From positions 1 to 45,448 of the forward strand of contig JAAYMP010000033.1 of assembly GCA_012521315.1 (NCBI GenBank): 45,448 nt of DNA. Direction: 5' to 3'. Positions within the stretch are counted from its first letter, which is position 1, and every line of letters begins with the position of its first letter. Under the pieces are notes generated by a model that saw nothing but the letters and a program-made list of their open reading frames with translations, did not search any database and had not been told where the DNA came from. Position numbers and translations under genes: made by a program. Source of the stretch: Bacillota bacterium. GTDB lineage: Bacteria; Bacillota; UBA4882; UBA10575. Below, in pieces: positions 8,782 through 17,454 of the stretch.

Positions 8782-10360
8782 CTCCGGCCTCCTCCCCCTT
8801 TTCTTCCTGGTCCGGAACGTAGCCAATGGGTTGGCGCCGCGGTTGCGGCCAACCGATCAAGCGCGGCCGGGTCCACAACGCCCAAACGGGGGCCCGCACC
8901 ACCACATCTTTCAGATCGGCGGGAACGACCGGCATCAACGGGGCCATGTAGGGGATCCCAAAGGAACGTAAAGAAGCAAGGTGGAGGAGGGTAAAGAGCA
9001 CCCCGGTCAAAATCCCATAGGCCCCCAGCACCCCGGCGAGAATCGTGTAGATTAAGCGGAGATAGATCCCGGGTCCCAATAACCCCGGTACCACAAAAGT
9101 GGTGATCGCGGTCAAAGCGATGACAATGATCGTGGGTGCCCCCACCAGTCCGGCGGTGACCGCCGCCTCGCCGATGACCAGCGCCCCCACGATACTGATC
9201 GTCTGTCCGAACGGTCTGGCCAGGCGTACCCCGGCTTCGCGGAGAATCTCAAAGACCAGCCCCATCACCACCATCTCAATAACCAAGGGAAAGGGGGTTC
9301 CCTCCGTCGCCGCCTTCACCGTGAGCAAGAGCGGGGTCGGAATCAATTCCTGGTGGTAGGAGCCTAAAGCAACGAAAAACGCCGGGCCCAGCACCGCAAG
9401 GGTAAAAGAGAGGTAGCGGAACCAACGGATCATCGTGGCGTATTGATAGGGGAAATTATAGTCATCGGGACTTTGAAAAAACTCCACAAATAAGGTGGGA
9501 ACCGTATTGACCAGCGGTGTCCCATCAACAAAGATGGCAACCCGCCCTTCCAATACTTTCGCCGCCGCCACATCCGGTCTTTCCGTGGAGGCAATCGTTG
9601 GAAAGAGAGAATAGGGCGCGTCCGTAATAAACTCGCTAAGATAATTGGCGTCCATAATATAATCGATATTAATCCGCTTCAATCTGGTTTTAACCTCTTC
9701 GACCAGTTTTTCGTTGACCACTCCTTTCAAGTAGGCAATAGCCACGGTGGTCTGCGTCCGCCGCCCCAGTTTCATCTCTTCAAATTGGAGCCCGGCCGTG
9801 GCGATCCTCCGCCGCAGGAGCGCGGTGTTGGTCCGGAGGTTTTCGGTAAACCCTTCATGGGGGCCTAGGATAATCTGCTCCGCTTCCGGCTCCCGAATCG
9901 CCCTTTTTTCCCAACCCTTTGACGCTAAGAGCAAAGCTTCGGCTTGACCGTCCACCATAAGGATGGTGTTCCCGGCTAGAAGGGCTTGCATCGTTTGGCG
10001 GAAATTCGTATTCCGCTCGATCTCCCCGACCGCCAACAAATTGTCGGCCACATAGGCCAGGAGATCAATGTCGCCTTGGTTTTTTCCCCAATTCGCTTCG
10101 TTCAAGAGCGGAAACAAAACATCCCTGTTGACAACCTGCGGATCAACCAGGCCGTCGATGAAAAGTAAAGCCCCGGTCCTTCCCGGCCTGGGCCCCAACG
10201 TCAAATGCCGGATGATCAGATCCGGACTCGTCCCAAGCTCCTGGAGAAAAGCCTTCAGGTTCACTGCCAAGCTTGGGCTTAAATCCCGGGACGACCGCGC
10301 AGCCGGCGCCCTTTTCCGTTGATGGGCGAGGCGTAACTTCCGCCAGAACATCTTAAACAT
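8771..10360 (-). CDS. spore germination receptor A subunit (GerKA/GerAA)
   Basis: GPHEGFTE, TERPD, EGRVAIFVDGTP, EILREAGVRL, SIVGALVIGEAAV, SFGIPYMAP. Confidence 0.95.
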   Translation of the reverse strand: MFKMFWRKLRLAHQRKRAPAARSSRDLSPSLAVNLKAFLQELGTSPDLIIRHLTLGPRPGRTGALLFIDGLVDPQVVNRDVLFPLLNEANWGKNQGDIDLLAYVADNLLAVGEIERNTNFRQTMQALLAGNTILMVDGQAEALLLASKGWEKRAIREPEAEQIILGPHEGFTENLRTNTALLRRRIATAGLQFEEMKLGRRTQTTVAIAYLKGVVNEKLVEEVKTRLKRINIDYIMDANYLSEFITDAPYSLFPTIASTERPDVAAAKVLEGRVAIFVDGTPLVNTVPTLFVEFFQSPDDYNFPYQYATMIRWFRYLSFTLAVLGPAFFVALGSYHQELIPTPLLLTVKAATEGTPFPLVIEMVVMGLVFEILREAGVRLARPFGQTISIVGALVIGEAAVTAGLVGAPTIIVIALTAITTFVVPGLLGPGIYLRLIYTILAGVLGAYGILTGVLFTLLHLASLRSFGIPYMAPLMPVVPADLKDVVVRAPVWALWTRPRLIGWPQPRRQPIGYVPDQEEKGEEAGDDG

Positions 10361-10382
10361 TAACTTCCCCCTTATTCAATCT

Positions 10383-10412
10383 TAGTATGGGCGGTAACTT
10401 GGCAAACTAACC
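10383..10412 (-). promoter_or_regulatory. SigG-like promoter of the ger operon
   Basis: GGTTA-N18-CATACTA; ger receptor operons are SigG-dependent in Bacillus. Confidence 0.55.
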
Positions 10413-10435
10413 GGCAGCGGACGAACGGCAAAAAG

Positions 10436-10457
10436 AAAAACCCCCGTGGGGGTTTTT
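10436..10457 (-). terminator. intrinsic terminator after the DUF554 gene
   Basis: AAAAACCCCC-GT-GGGGGTTTTT. Confidence 0.7.
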
Positions 10458-10498
10458 GAAAGATTACCGGTCCCGCCAGGAACCGGATCTGGTCTGTC

Positions 10499-11236
10499 TT
10501 ATCCCAATACCCATAACCCTTGGCGGACCAACTCAAACAGGATCGGCAGGAAGATGGCGGGGAGAAGGTCCCCCACCTTTATTTTACTGACTGCCAAGAG
10601 ATTGAAGCCGATCGCCATGATCAAGATCCCACCCAGCAGCGACATCTGACTAAGCACTTCCGGGCTGATCACCGTTTTCACCAAGCCGGCCAGGAGGGTA
10701 AGGGTGCCCTGGTACAGGAAGACCGAAACCGCGGAGAAAAGGACGCCCGGCCCCAGACTGGCCCCAAAAATTACGGCACTGATCCCGTCCAGGATGGACT
10801 TGGAAAGCAGGATCTCAATCTTACCGGTCAAGCCGTCTTCCAGGGCCCCGACCACAGCCATCGCCCCGACACAATAGACCAGACTGGCGGTGATGAAGCC
10901 CCGCGCAAAGTTCCCACCCAGCCTGCTAAACTTCAGTTCCAAACGTTTGCCCAACCGCTCCAACCGTTCTTCGATCCGGAAACCGGTCCCGATCATCCCG
11001 CCGGCCACCAAACAGAGGATCATCAGCATTGTAAAGCGGCGTTCCAAACGGCCCTCCGCCGCCAGCAGAAAAAGCTCCTGCAGGGCACCGGACAGGCCAA
11101 GCATCACCACGGCCAAGCCGATCCCTTGCATGATCGTTTGTTTCATCCGTTCCGGGATCCCGTTTTTGAGTAAGAGCCCGCCGCCGGCCCCGGCAACGAT
11201 GGCGATGACATTGATGAGTGTTCCCTTCCCGATCAT
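10499..11236 (-). CDS. DUF554-family membrane protein
   Basis: GTLINVIAIVAG, GFITASLVYCVGAMAVVGALEDGLTG, KSILDG, VFLYQG. The ATG at 11236 has a GGAGG RBS; the ORF-track extension to 11413 is unlikely. Confidence 0.9.
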   Translation of the reverse strand: MIGKGTLINVIAIVAGAGGGLLLKNGIPERMKQTIMQGIGLAVVMLGLSGALQELFLLAAEGRLERRFTMLMILCLVAGGMIGTGFRIEERLERLGKRLELKFSRLGGNFARGFITASLVYCVGAMAVVGALEDGLTGKIEILLSKSILDGISAVIFGASLGPGVLFSAVSVFLYQGTLTLLAGLVKTVISPEVLSQMSLLGGILIMAIGFNLLAVSKIKVGDLLPAIFLPILFELVRQGLWVLG

Positions 11237-11295
11237 TGCCCAACCTCCGTTTTTATTGAATTGCTGATCAGACAATGCCCCGTCCACTTTGGAAT

Positions 11296-11326
11296 AAAAA
11301 AACCGGAAACCCAAACCGGCTTCCGG
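11296..11326 (-). terminator. intrinsic terminator after the GreA-like gene
   Basis: CCGGAAGCC/GGTTTCCGG stem plus T7 on the minus strand. Confidence 0.75.
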
Positions 11327-11360
11327 AAGAGGTAAGAACCACCCGCCGCTTTTCCAACCA

Positions 11361-11807
11361 TTATCCGGCTGCTGGGTAGTGAATTGCGGCAATCCGGTAG
11401 CGGAAGGTCCCACCTGGCGCCTCCACCTGCACTTCCTCCCCGGGCGCCTTTAGAAACAGGGCTTTCCCCACCGGAGAGAGGGGGGAGATGCCGTTTTCGC
11501 CCGGCAGTTCGCCGAGGGGAGAAATAATTTGAAAAGCCATTTCTTCGTTGGTGTCAAGGTCTTCCACCACAACGCGGCTGCCGATAATCACCAGAGGAAA
11601 AGCCCCCGGGTTCTTCAGCAAAGGTGCTTCTCGAACGAGACCTTCCAGCTTTTTGATGTATTCGCCAATGATCCCTTCGGCTTTATCCCTTTCCGGAGAG
11701 TCGGGGAAAAATTCCTCAATAAAACTGGCGCTTTGCTCTTCCACCGCTACCAAGTGCGCGACTAACGCTTCTCTCATCTCGCCCAACAAGACACTTCCGC
11801 TCATCAC
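11361..11807 (-). CDS. GreA/GreB C-terminal-domain protein (Rnk/Gfh-like, non-canonical N-terminus)
   Basis: VIIGSRVVVED...ISPLSPVGKALF...GEEVQVEAPGG; lacks the GDLxENxEY tip. Confidence 0.85.
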   Translation of the reverse strand: MMSGSVLLGEMREALVAHLVAVEEQSASFIEEFFPDSPERDKAEGIIGEYIKKLEGLVREAPLLKNPGAFPLVIIGSRVVVEDLDTNEEMAFQIISPLGELPGENGISPLSPVGKALFLKAPGEEVQVEAPGGTFRYRIAAIHYPAAG

Positions 11808-11870
11808 CTTTCCTCCTTGGTTTTATATAAATAATCATCCTTGCCAACTGGTTCGATCTTCCCGATCCAG

Positions 11871-12401
11871 TTATTCTTCGTCAAACACCAAACTGCCAAA
11901 GACCACCTTCGCCTCGACCAGGACCCGTCCACCGTTCCCCGTCTGCTCCCCCGATCGGTAAGTATATTCACCCATGCTGATCTGGTTGCCGTCAGGTAGC
12001 CGCACTCCGGAAAAGGCCGAGTTGACCTTGATGGTGAGTGGCGTATCCCGCTTGATCCTGAGCACGCCTTCCCCAAAGACCACATTGACCTCAATCCGCC
12101 GGTCCTGGGGTGGGGAGGGAAGGGTGGTCAGATCAATAACCCCACGCCCAAAAATGACATTATATTCACCCTGTTCCTCCAGGACTAGATCCCGCTCTTC
12201 AAAGAGCACGGTGTTTTTTTCGCCCCGCCACGGCGGCCCCTTAAACAACATGCTCAAGCCGATATAAATAAGGAACAGCGCCAACCCGATCCGGAATACA
12301 GGAATGTTAATATGGAAAACCGTTTTGAAGATGGCACACAAACCAAGGATAATCAGGAAAATACCCCAAAACACACCGCTTAAGAACATGCTTAACCTCA
12401 T
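11871..12401 (-). CDS. LiaF-like membrane protein (N-terminal TMs plus DUF2154-like beta domain)
   Basis: FWGIFLIILG TMs; repeated NVIFG/NVVFG/NSAFS/KVVFG strands. Confidence 0.7.
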   Translation of the reverse strand: MRLSMFLSGVFWGIFLIILGLCAIFKTVFHINIPVFRIGLALFLIYIGLSMLFKGPPWRGEKNTVLFEERDLVLEEQGEYNVIFGRGVIDLTTLPSPPQDRRIEVNVVFGEGVLRIKRDTPLTIKVNSAFSGVRLPDGNQISMGEYTYRSGEQTGNGGRVLVEAKVVFGSLVFDEE

Positions 12402-12428
12402 CCCCTTTCACCTCCTGAGGTGCCCGGT

Positions 12429-12866
12429 TCAACCAGGAGTTAACCGCCACCGCGTCACCTTCTTCTCGGCCAGCGCCTTTCCTTCCTGCCGCGCCACATA
12501 AGCCAAGAGAAACCAGATGGGGAGGAGCAAGCCCACCAGGAGACTGGCCAGTAGCCAAAAGCTTCCCACCAGCCCAGGCGCATACTTCCCGGTCTCCGCC
12601 ACCTTCATTACCCGGCCCGCCGTGCTAAAAATATAGACATGAAGCAAACAGACGAGGCTCCCAAAAAGATAAAGCCGGCGACAGCGGCGCCGTCTTTCCT
12701 CCCGCTGGATCCTGAGGATGATTCCCTCCACCAAACCGGGGGGGACTTCCCTTTTTACCCAGCCGCAAGCTTCGGCCAGCGGAGTAAACTTGCCAGGACG
12801 TTGCCGCCGGTGAAGATCGGCTAAAAACAGATCGACTTGGTCAAGCCCTTGGTCGTATCTCTGCAT
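12429..12866 (-). CDS. putative membrane anti-sigma factor
   Basis: Overlaps the ECF sigma 3' end; EVPPGLVEGIILRI followed by two TM segments. Confidence 0.6.
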   Translation of the reverse strand: MQRYDQGLDQVDLFLADLHRRQRPGKFTPLAEACGWVKREVPPGLVEGIILRIQREERRRRCRRLYLFGSLVCLLHVYIFSTAGRVMKVAETGKYAPGLVGSFWLLASLLVGLLLPIWFLLAYVARQEGKALAEKKVTRWRLTPG

Positions 12867-13521
12867 CGCGTAACCCCCATTTTTTTATGATCAGCTGGCG
12901 CAGCCTTTCTTTTCCGCGGTGGAGATCAGCCCGGATCGAAGCCAAGGGACGACGGGTAACCGCGGCGATCTCCCGGTAGGAGAGGCCCTGAAAATAATAG
13001 AGGATCAACACCACGCGCTGCCGCAACGACAAACGGGATAAAGCCTGGTGCAAGTCTTCCTCTTTGTCGCGCTTGATCACCAATTCCAAGGGGTCGTTCT
13101 CCGGTCCTTTGGAAAGCTCCCCGCCGGTCTCTTCCAAGACCACTATCTCTTCCTGCCGCTTTTTTTTCCGCAAATAATCCACGGCCGTATGGTAAGCAAT
13201 CCGGTATAACCAAGTCCAAAGGGTTGACTCCCCGCGGAAAGCCGGCAAGCCCTTCCACGCCTTGACGAAGGTTTCCTGGGTAAGCTCTTGCGCCTGGTCT
13301 TCATCGCGGAGCATTCCTAAAAGCAGATGATACACTTTGGCCTTGTGCAACTCGACCAACGCCCGGAAGGCCTCTTCATCACGGGCTTTTGCTTTCCTGA
13401 TCAGCAGGGCTTCCTCCTGATCTATCTTCACCTCCGCCTGCCCGGCGGGGGTGACCAGGGTCAAGGGTTTCCGCCGGAGGGAGGAGTTAAGCAGCCGGTT
13501 AAGGATCCTCTTTTTGTGCAA
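12841..13521 (-). CDS. ECF-subfamily RNA polymerase sigma factor
   Basis: Region 2 AQELTQETFVKAW...FRGES..WTWLYRIA and region 4 LSYREIA...LHRGKERLR. The TTG at 13521 has AAGGAGG 7 nt upstream; GTG at 13431 is an alternative start. Confidence 0.92.
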   Translation of the reverse strand: MHKKRILNRLLNSSLRRKPLTLVTPAGQAEVKIDQEEALLIRKAKARDEEAFRALVELHKAKVYHLLLGMLRDEDQAQELTQETFVKAWKGLPAFRGESTLWTWLYRIAYHTAVDYLRKKKRQEEIVVLEETGGELSKGPENDPLELVIKRDKEEDLHQALSRLSLRQRVVLILYYFQGLSYREIAAVTRRPLASIRADLHRGKERLRQLIIKKWGLRDAEIRPRA

Positions 13522-13556
13522 ACAGACGCCTCCTTCGCCCTCGCTTCCCCTTGTTC

Positions 13557-13581
13557 CTTCTCTTCCCGCGCGGGAAATCCT
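13557..13581 (-). promoter_or_regulatory. SigH-like promoter with a palindrome in its spacer, upstream of the ECF sigma gene
   Basis: gaAGGA-N17-GAAG; perfect 14-bp palindrome TTCCCGCGCGGGAA at 13563-13576. Confidence 0.35.
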
Positions 13582-13656
13582 TCTTCGCTTCCGCTTTTCC
13601 GATAAAAATAATGGTTGGTTTTTTCCCAACCGATTGCCGTCCAATCCTCCCGTTAC

Positions 13657-15231
13657 CTATCCGTTTTTCCGGATCATCTTCTTAATCAGCCTCACTTCTT
13701 CCATGTTTAAAACTGCCGCCAGGGCCAGATAAACGGCGACCCCGACCCCAACCCCGCCCACTACTTGAAGGAGGCGGAACAGGTTGACGGTCAGGCCCAG
13801 TCCGCCTAAGAACCGGTTCCAAAACGGCAAAAACAACCGGATAACGACGGACATCCCCAGTCCCGCCACAACGGCTTGGCCTCCGGTCTTCAGCAGTTTT
13901 CCGCTGCGGAGACCGCCGACCTTGCGCCGTAAAAGAAAGAAAGAGAGTAACATATTGGCGATCCCCATCAACGAAAAGGAAAGGGCCAAACCGCCGTGGT
14001 ACAACGGGGTATATTTTAAGAACAGAAAATTCAGGCCGATACTCAAAAACACGGTGGCCAGGGAGACTTTCACCGGTGTAATGGTATCTTTGAGCGCATA
14101 GAAACCGCGGGGCAAGATCTGAATCACCCCGTGGGCAAACAAGCCCAAACTGTAAAAGAACAAAGCATAGGCGGTCAGCTCCGACTGGGCGTGAGTAAAC
14201 TCGCCCCGTTCGTAAAGTAAACGGATGATCTCCGTCCGCATGCTGATAAAACCGAAGGCGGACGGGATGGTAATAAAGAGGATGACCCGGATGCCCAAAA
14301 TAAGGTTCTCTTTAAACTCCGCCCATTTGCCGACGGCGGTCAGTTGCGACAGGGTGGGGAAGAAGGCGGTGGAAACCGCGGAGGCAAAGATCCCCAAAGG
14401 AAGCAGGACCAGCCGCTGGGCCAACCGGAGGTAGGTAATGCTTCCCTCCGGTAAAGCCGAAGCCATGTTGGTGGTTACCCAGATGTTCAGTTGGGTGGCG
14501 GACAGGCCCAAGATCGCCGGGATCATCAGCCGGATCATTTTTTTATACCCCGGATGCTGCAGGTTTATATAAAAAGGGTTATAACCACTGATTTTTCTCA
14601 CGGCAAGGGCTTGGGTCATAAAGTTGGCAATCGCCCCCGCCACCACCCCGAAGGCCATCCCTTTAATCCCAAACCGGGGCCCCAAAAACCAGGCGCCCAG
14701 GATAATCCCGACGTTGTATAAGATGGGCCCAAAAGCCGGGATAAAAAAGCGCTGGTAAGAATTGAGGATCCCACCCATCAATCCGGCTAAAGCCGTAAAA
14801 AAGACCGCCGGAAACATCATCCTGGTCAGTTCAACCAGAAGCTCCAGTTTGCCTTCTTTCATCTGGTAGGCCTGCAGGGGAGCGAGTTGCCGGGCAAAGA
14901 CCATCCCCAGCAGCGCAAAGAAGGCCAGCAGAATGATGGTTACATTCAAAAAGGTACTGGCCATCCTCCACCCCTCGGCCTCTTCCCCTTTGGCCAAGTA
15001 TTCCGAGAAGAGGGGAATGAAAGCGGCCGATAAGGCGCCCCCAACCAAAAGATAGTACATGAAGTCCGGAATCGTAAAAGCGGCGAAAAAGGGGTCCGTT
15101 TCGGCCCGGGTAAACAAATTGGCGGTCAAAGCTTCCCGGACAAAACCCAACAGCCGGCTGAACAGGATCATCCCGGAGATCATCCCGGCAGCCCGGGCCA
15201 GTTGCCCCGATGAAACAGGTGATGTTTTCAA
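13657..15231 (-). CDS. murJ: lipid II flippase MurJ/MviN
   Basis: SRLLGFVRE, AFTIPD, GGALSAAFIP, LPLGIF, RGFYALKDTITP. Confidence 0.95.
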   Translation of the reverse strand: MKTSPVSSGQLARAAGMISGMILFSRLLGFVREALTANLFTRAETDPFFAAFTIPDFMYYLLVGGALSAAFIPLFSEYLAKGEEAEGWRMASTFLNVTIILLAFFALLGMVFARQLAPLQAYQMKEGKLELLVELTRMMFPAVFFTALAGLMGGILNSYQRFFIPAFGPILYNVGIILGAWFLGPRFGIKGMAFGVVAGAIANFMTQALAVRKISGYNPFYINLQHPGYKKMIRLMIPAILGLSATQLNIWVTTNMASALPEGSITYLRLAQRLVLLPLGIFASAVSTAFFPTLSQLTAVGKWAEFKENLILGIRVILFITIPSAFGFISMRTEIIRLLYERGEFTHAQSELTAYALFFYSLGLFAHGVIQILPRGFYALKDTITPVKVSLATVFLSIGLNFLFLKYTPLYHGGLALSFSLMGIANMLLSFFLLRRKVGGLRSGKLLKTGGQAVVAGLGMSVVIRLFLPFWNRFLGGLGLTVNLFRLLQVVGGVGVGVAVYLALAAVLNMEEVRLIKKMIRKNG

Positions 15232-15277
15232 TTTTCCAATCCTTCCTTGCTAAAATCTAAAAGCCATCTCTCCAAAC

Positions 15278-15302
15278 ATTCCCTGTGCTTGAGAAAACTC
15301 CT
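15278..15302 (-). promoter_or_regulatory. SigH-like promoter for murJ
   Basis: gaAGGA-N17-GAAT. Confidence 0.55.
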
Positions 15303-15336
15303 TCCTTCTGTAAAACAAGGAATTGATAACTTTAGC

Positions 15337-15370
15337 AAAAAACCCCAGACCTAATTTAAGGCTAGGGTTT
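15337..15370 (-). terminator. terminator of the small SigE-type gene
   Basis: AAACCCTAG...CTGGGGTTTTTT on the minus strand. Confidence 0.55.
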
Positions 15371-15634
15371 GTAACGACGTTTTAAAATTAGCATCCCTTC
15401 AAAGAGGAGCCGTTTCGCCCGGTCGGTCTCAATCTCCCAGAAAACCATAACCCCATGGCTGGCCTGTTCGGGGCGCCCGCCCGTCCGGGCCAGGGCGGGG
15501 TAAGCTTTCGGCCGGAGAAAATAATGTAAACCGAGGGCGGTAAAGACCAAGGCTAAGATGATCAGCAAATTTAAACAGAAGAAGTTTTTGACGACCACCG
15601 GAGGAATCCGTGCCGGACGCCGGTCAGCTCCCAT
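15362..15634 (-). CDS. small single-TM hypothetical protein downstream of gpr (spoIIP position)
   Basis: About 90 aa with one TM segment, a G-rich RBS, and its own SigE-like promoter and terminator. Confidence 0.65.
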   Translation of the reverse strand: MGADRRPARIPPVVVKNFFCLNLLIILALVFTALGLHYFLRPKAYPALARTGGRPEQASHGVMVFWEIETDRAKRLLFEGMLILKRRYKP

Positions 15635-15655
15635 GGCCACCCCCCCTATCCCTTT

Positions 15656-15684
15656 ATTCTATGTGGAGAGGGGCGGTGTTATAC
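15656..15684 (-). promoter_or_regulatory. SigE-like promoter
   Basis: GTATA-N16-CATAGAAT on the minus strand. Confidence 0.65.
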
Positions 15685-15694
15685 GTATTGATCC

Positions 15695-16654
15695 TCACTC
15701 CAGATAGCGAAAGACTTCTTCGGCCGTGACCCCCGGGTGCAAAGCAATATTGATCGCCCCCGCCAAGGCCCGGGAAAGATCGGTGATCAGGACGTCGATC
15801 TCCTTCGGCGTCACAATCAAATCTTGAAAATAGGGGGAGAGCACCCGGTCAATAACGTCTTTCCGGTAAGCCTGAATAGAAGGCCCACCTAAGCTGGTAA
15901 TCTGTTCAAGGGCGTCGTAGATAATCGTCCGGGCTTCGACCACTGTGGGTACACCAATCGCGATCACCGGTACCCCCAAGGATTCAGCGGTCAACCCTAA
16001 CCGGTGGTTCCCCACCCCCGACCCGGGGTTAATGCCGGTGTTGGCAATCTGGACCGTGCTCCCCATCCGCTCCGTACTCCGGGAGGCCAGGGCATCAATG
16101 ACCAGGAGAAAAGCGGGTTTCACCCGTTGGACAATCCCGGCGACAATCTCTTTGGTTTCGATGCCGGTAAGCCCCAAAACGCCCGGCGACACGGCACAGA
16201 CCGGGCGCAGGCCGCCGCGTTTCTCCGGCGGGGCACTCTCAAAAAGATGCCTGGTCACCAGGATCTTCTCCACGACCTTGGGGCCGAGGGCGTCCGGGGT
16301 GGCGTTCCAGTTCCCCAACCCCACCACCAAACAGCTGGCTTCGTCGCTGAGCCGAAAACCGGCAATGAAGGTGCGGAGTTCCGCCGCAAGGACCTGGGCA
16401 ACCTCTTCCAACTCGTCCTTATCCCGTCCGCGGAGGGCCGGGGATTCAACCGTCACATAATAGCCTGGCTTTTTCCCCAAAGCTTGACCGGCTTCCGGGG
16501 TTTGGATGACCACCCGGGTGATCTTGGTGCTTCCCTTTTCTTCGGTGTAAGATTCAACGCCCGGTACGGAAGCGCCCCTTGCCCCCGCCACCAGTTGGTG
16601 GGTCTCCATTGCCAGGTCGGTGCGGATTTCACCCGGGGTCAATGGATAACTCAT
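15695..16654 (-). CDS. gpr: germination protease GPR
   Basis: IRTDLAME, LVVGLGNWNATPDALGP, PGVLGLTGIET, IDALASR, GINPGSGVGN, IGVPTVV, VTPKEID. Confidence 0.97.
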   Translation of the reverse strand: MSYPLTPGEIRTDLAMETHQLVAGARGASVPGVESYTEEKGSTKITRVVIQTPEAGQALGKKPGYYVTVESPALRGRDKDELEEVAQVLAAELRTFIAGFRLSDEASCLVVGLGNWNATPDALGPKVVEKILVTRHLFESAPPEKRGGLRPVCAVSPGVLGLTGIETKEIVAGIVQRVKPAFLLVIDALASRSTERMGSTVQIANTGINPGSGVGNHRLGLTAESLGVPVIAIGVPTVVEARTIIYDALEQITSLGGPSIQAYRKDVIDRVLSPYFQDLIVTPKEIDVLITDLSRALAGAINIALHPGVTAEEVFRYLE

Positions 16655-16679
16655 TCGCGTGGCCTCCTTTGCCCTGCGT

Positions 16680-17006
16680 TTATCTTAATTCCGTCGGGAC
16701 GATGGCATCAATCACCCCAATCACCGCGGACGCCAACAAGGCACCGATGATTGACACTTCCATCGAGGCGACAATGAACTGGGTCAGATAAATGACGACC
16801 GCGGCGGTGAAAAAGCCGACCAGCCCCCGGCCCTGGGGAGAAACTTCCCGGCCAAAAAGGCTTTCGACGATATAACCGAGGACCGAAATCACCACGGCGG
16901 CAATGAGCGCCCCCACAAAGCCTCCCACTTTAAATCCCGGAACGAGAAAGCTTACAAACAACAAGACTAATGCGGAGACCACAAAGCGTATTACGGCACC
17001 AATCAT
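16680..17006 (-). CDS. 4-TM 'phage holin family' membrane protein (YvlD-like)
   Basis: RFVVSALVL..VS.LVPGF.V.GF.GALIAAVVI; internal two-fold repeat; strong RBS. Confidence 0.8.
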   Translation of the reverse strand: MIGAVIRFVVSALVLLFVSFLVPGFKVGGFVGALIAAVVISVLGYIVESLFGREVSPQGRGLVGFFTAAVVIYLTQFIVASMEVSIIGALLASAVIGVIDAIVPTELR

Positions 17007-17036
17007 AGAATTACCTCCCTTTCATATTCTTAATGT

Positions 17037-17066
17037 TATCCTCCCCCGGGGTCAGGCAAATTATGC
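17037..17066 (-). promoter_or_regulatory. SigF-like promoter for the holin-like gene and gpr
   Basis: GCATA-N15-GGGGAGGATA; gpr is SigF-dependent in B. subtilis. Confidence 0.6.
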
Positions 17067-17083
17067 TGAAATCAAGAAAGACC

Positions 17084-17112
17084 TTGCATTCGTTGGCGAA
17101 AAAGGTTAAAAT
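17084..17112 (+). promoter_or_regulatory. SigA promoter of rpsT
   Basis: TTGCAT-N17-TAAAAT. Confidence 0.75.
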
Positions 17113-17147
17113 ATAGTGAGCCGAAGGAATAGTGGGAGGTGAACTTG

Positions 17148-17423
17148 TTGCCCAATATCAAATCCGCCGAAAAAAGGGTTGTTATTTCTGAAACGCGCCG
17201 TTTACGGAACCGCAGTCAACGTTCCAAACTGAGAACCCTGGTCAAAAACACCCAGCAGGCCATGGAGACCGACCTTGAAAAAGCGCAAAACTTACTTACC
17301 CTTGCCATAAAAGAGCTGGATCAAGCCGCCAGTAAGGGACTGATCCATAAAAACGCCGCGGCCCGGAAAAAAAGCCGCCTGATGCGCCGATTCAACCAGC
17401 GGACAACGGCGATTAACGCCTGA
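17148..17423 (+). CDS. rpsT: 30S ribosomal protein S20
   Basis: PNIKSAEKR...DQAASKGLIHKNAAARKKSRL; TTG start after GGGAGGTG. Confidence 0.97.
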   Translation: MPNIKSAEKRVVISETRRLRNRSQRSKLRTLVKNTQQAMETDLEKAQNLLTLAIKELDQAASKGLIHKNAAARKKSRLMRRFNQRTTAINA

Positions 17424-17451
17424 AAAACCGCCCGTTTTCACGGGCGGTTTT
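17424..17451. terminator. bidirectional terminator between rpsT and holA
   Basis: AAAACCGCCCGT-TTTC-ACGGGCGGTTTT. Confidence 0.85.
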
Positions 17452-17454
17452 GAC

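Noticed and set aside
16680-17006. Phage lysis cassette
   Set aside because: No endolysin or other phage genes; the context is sporulation (gpr).
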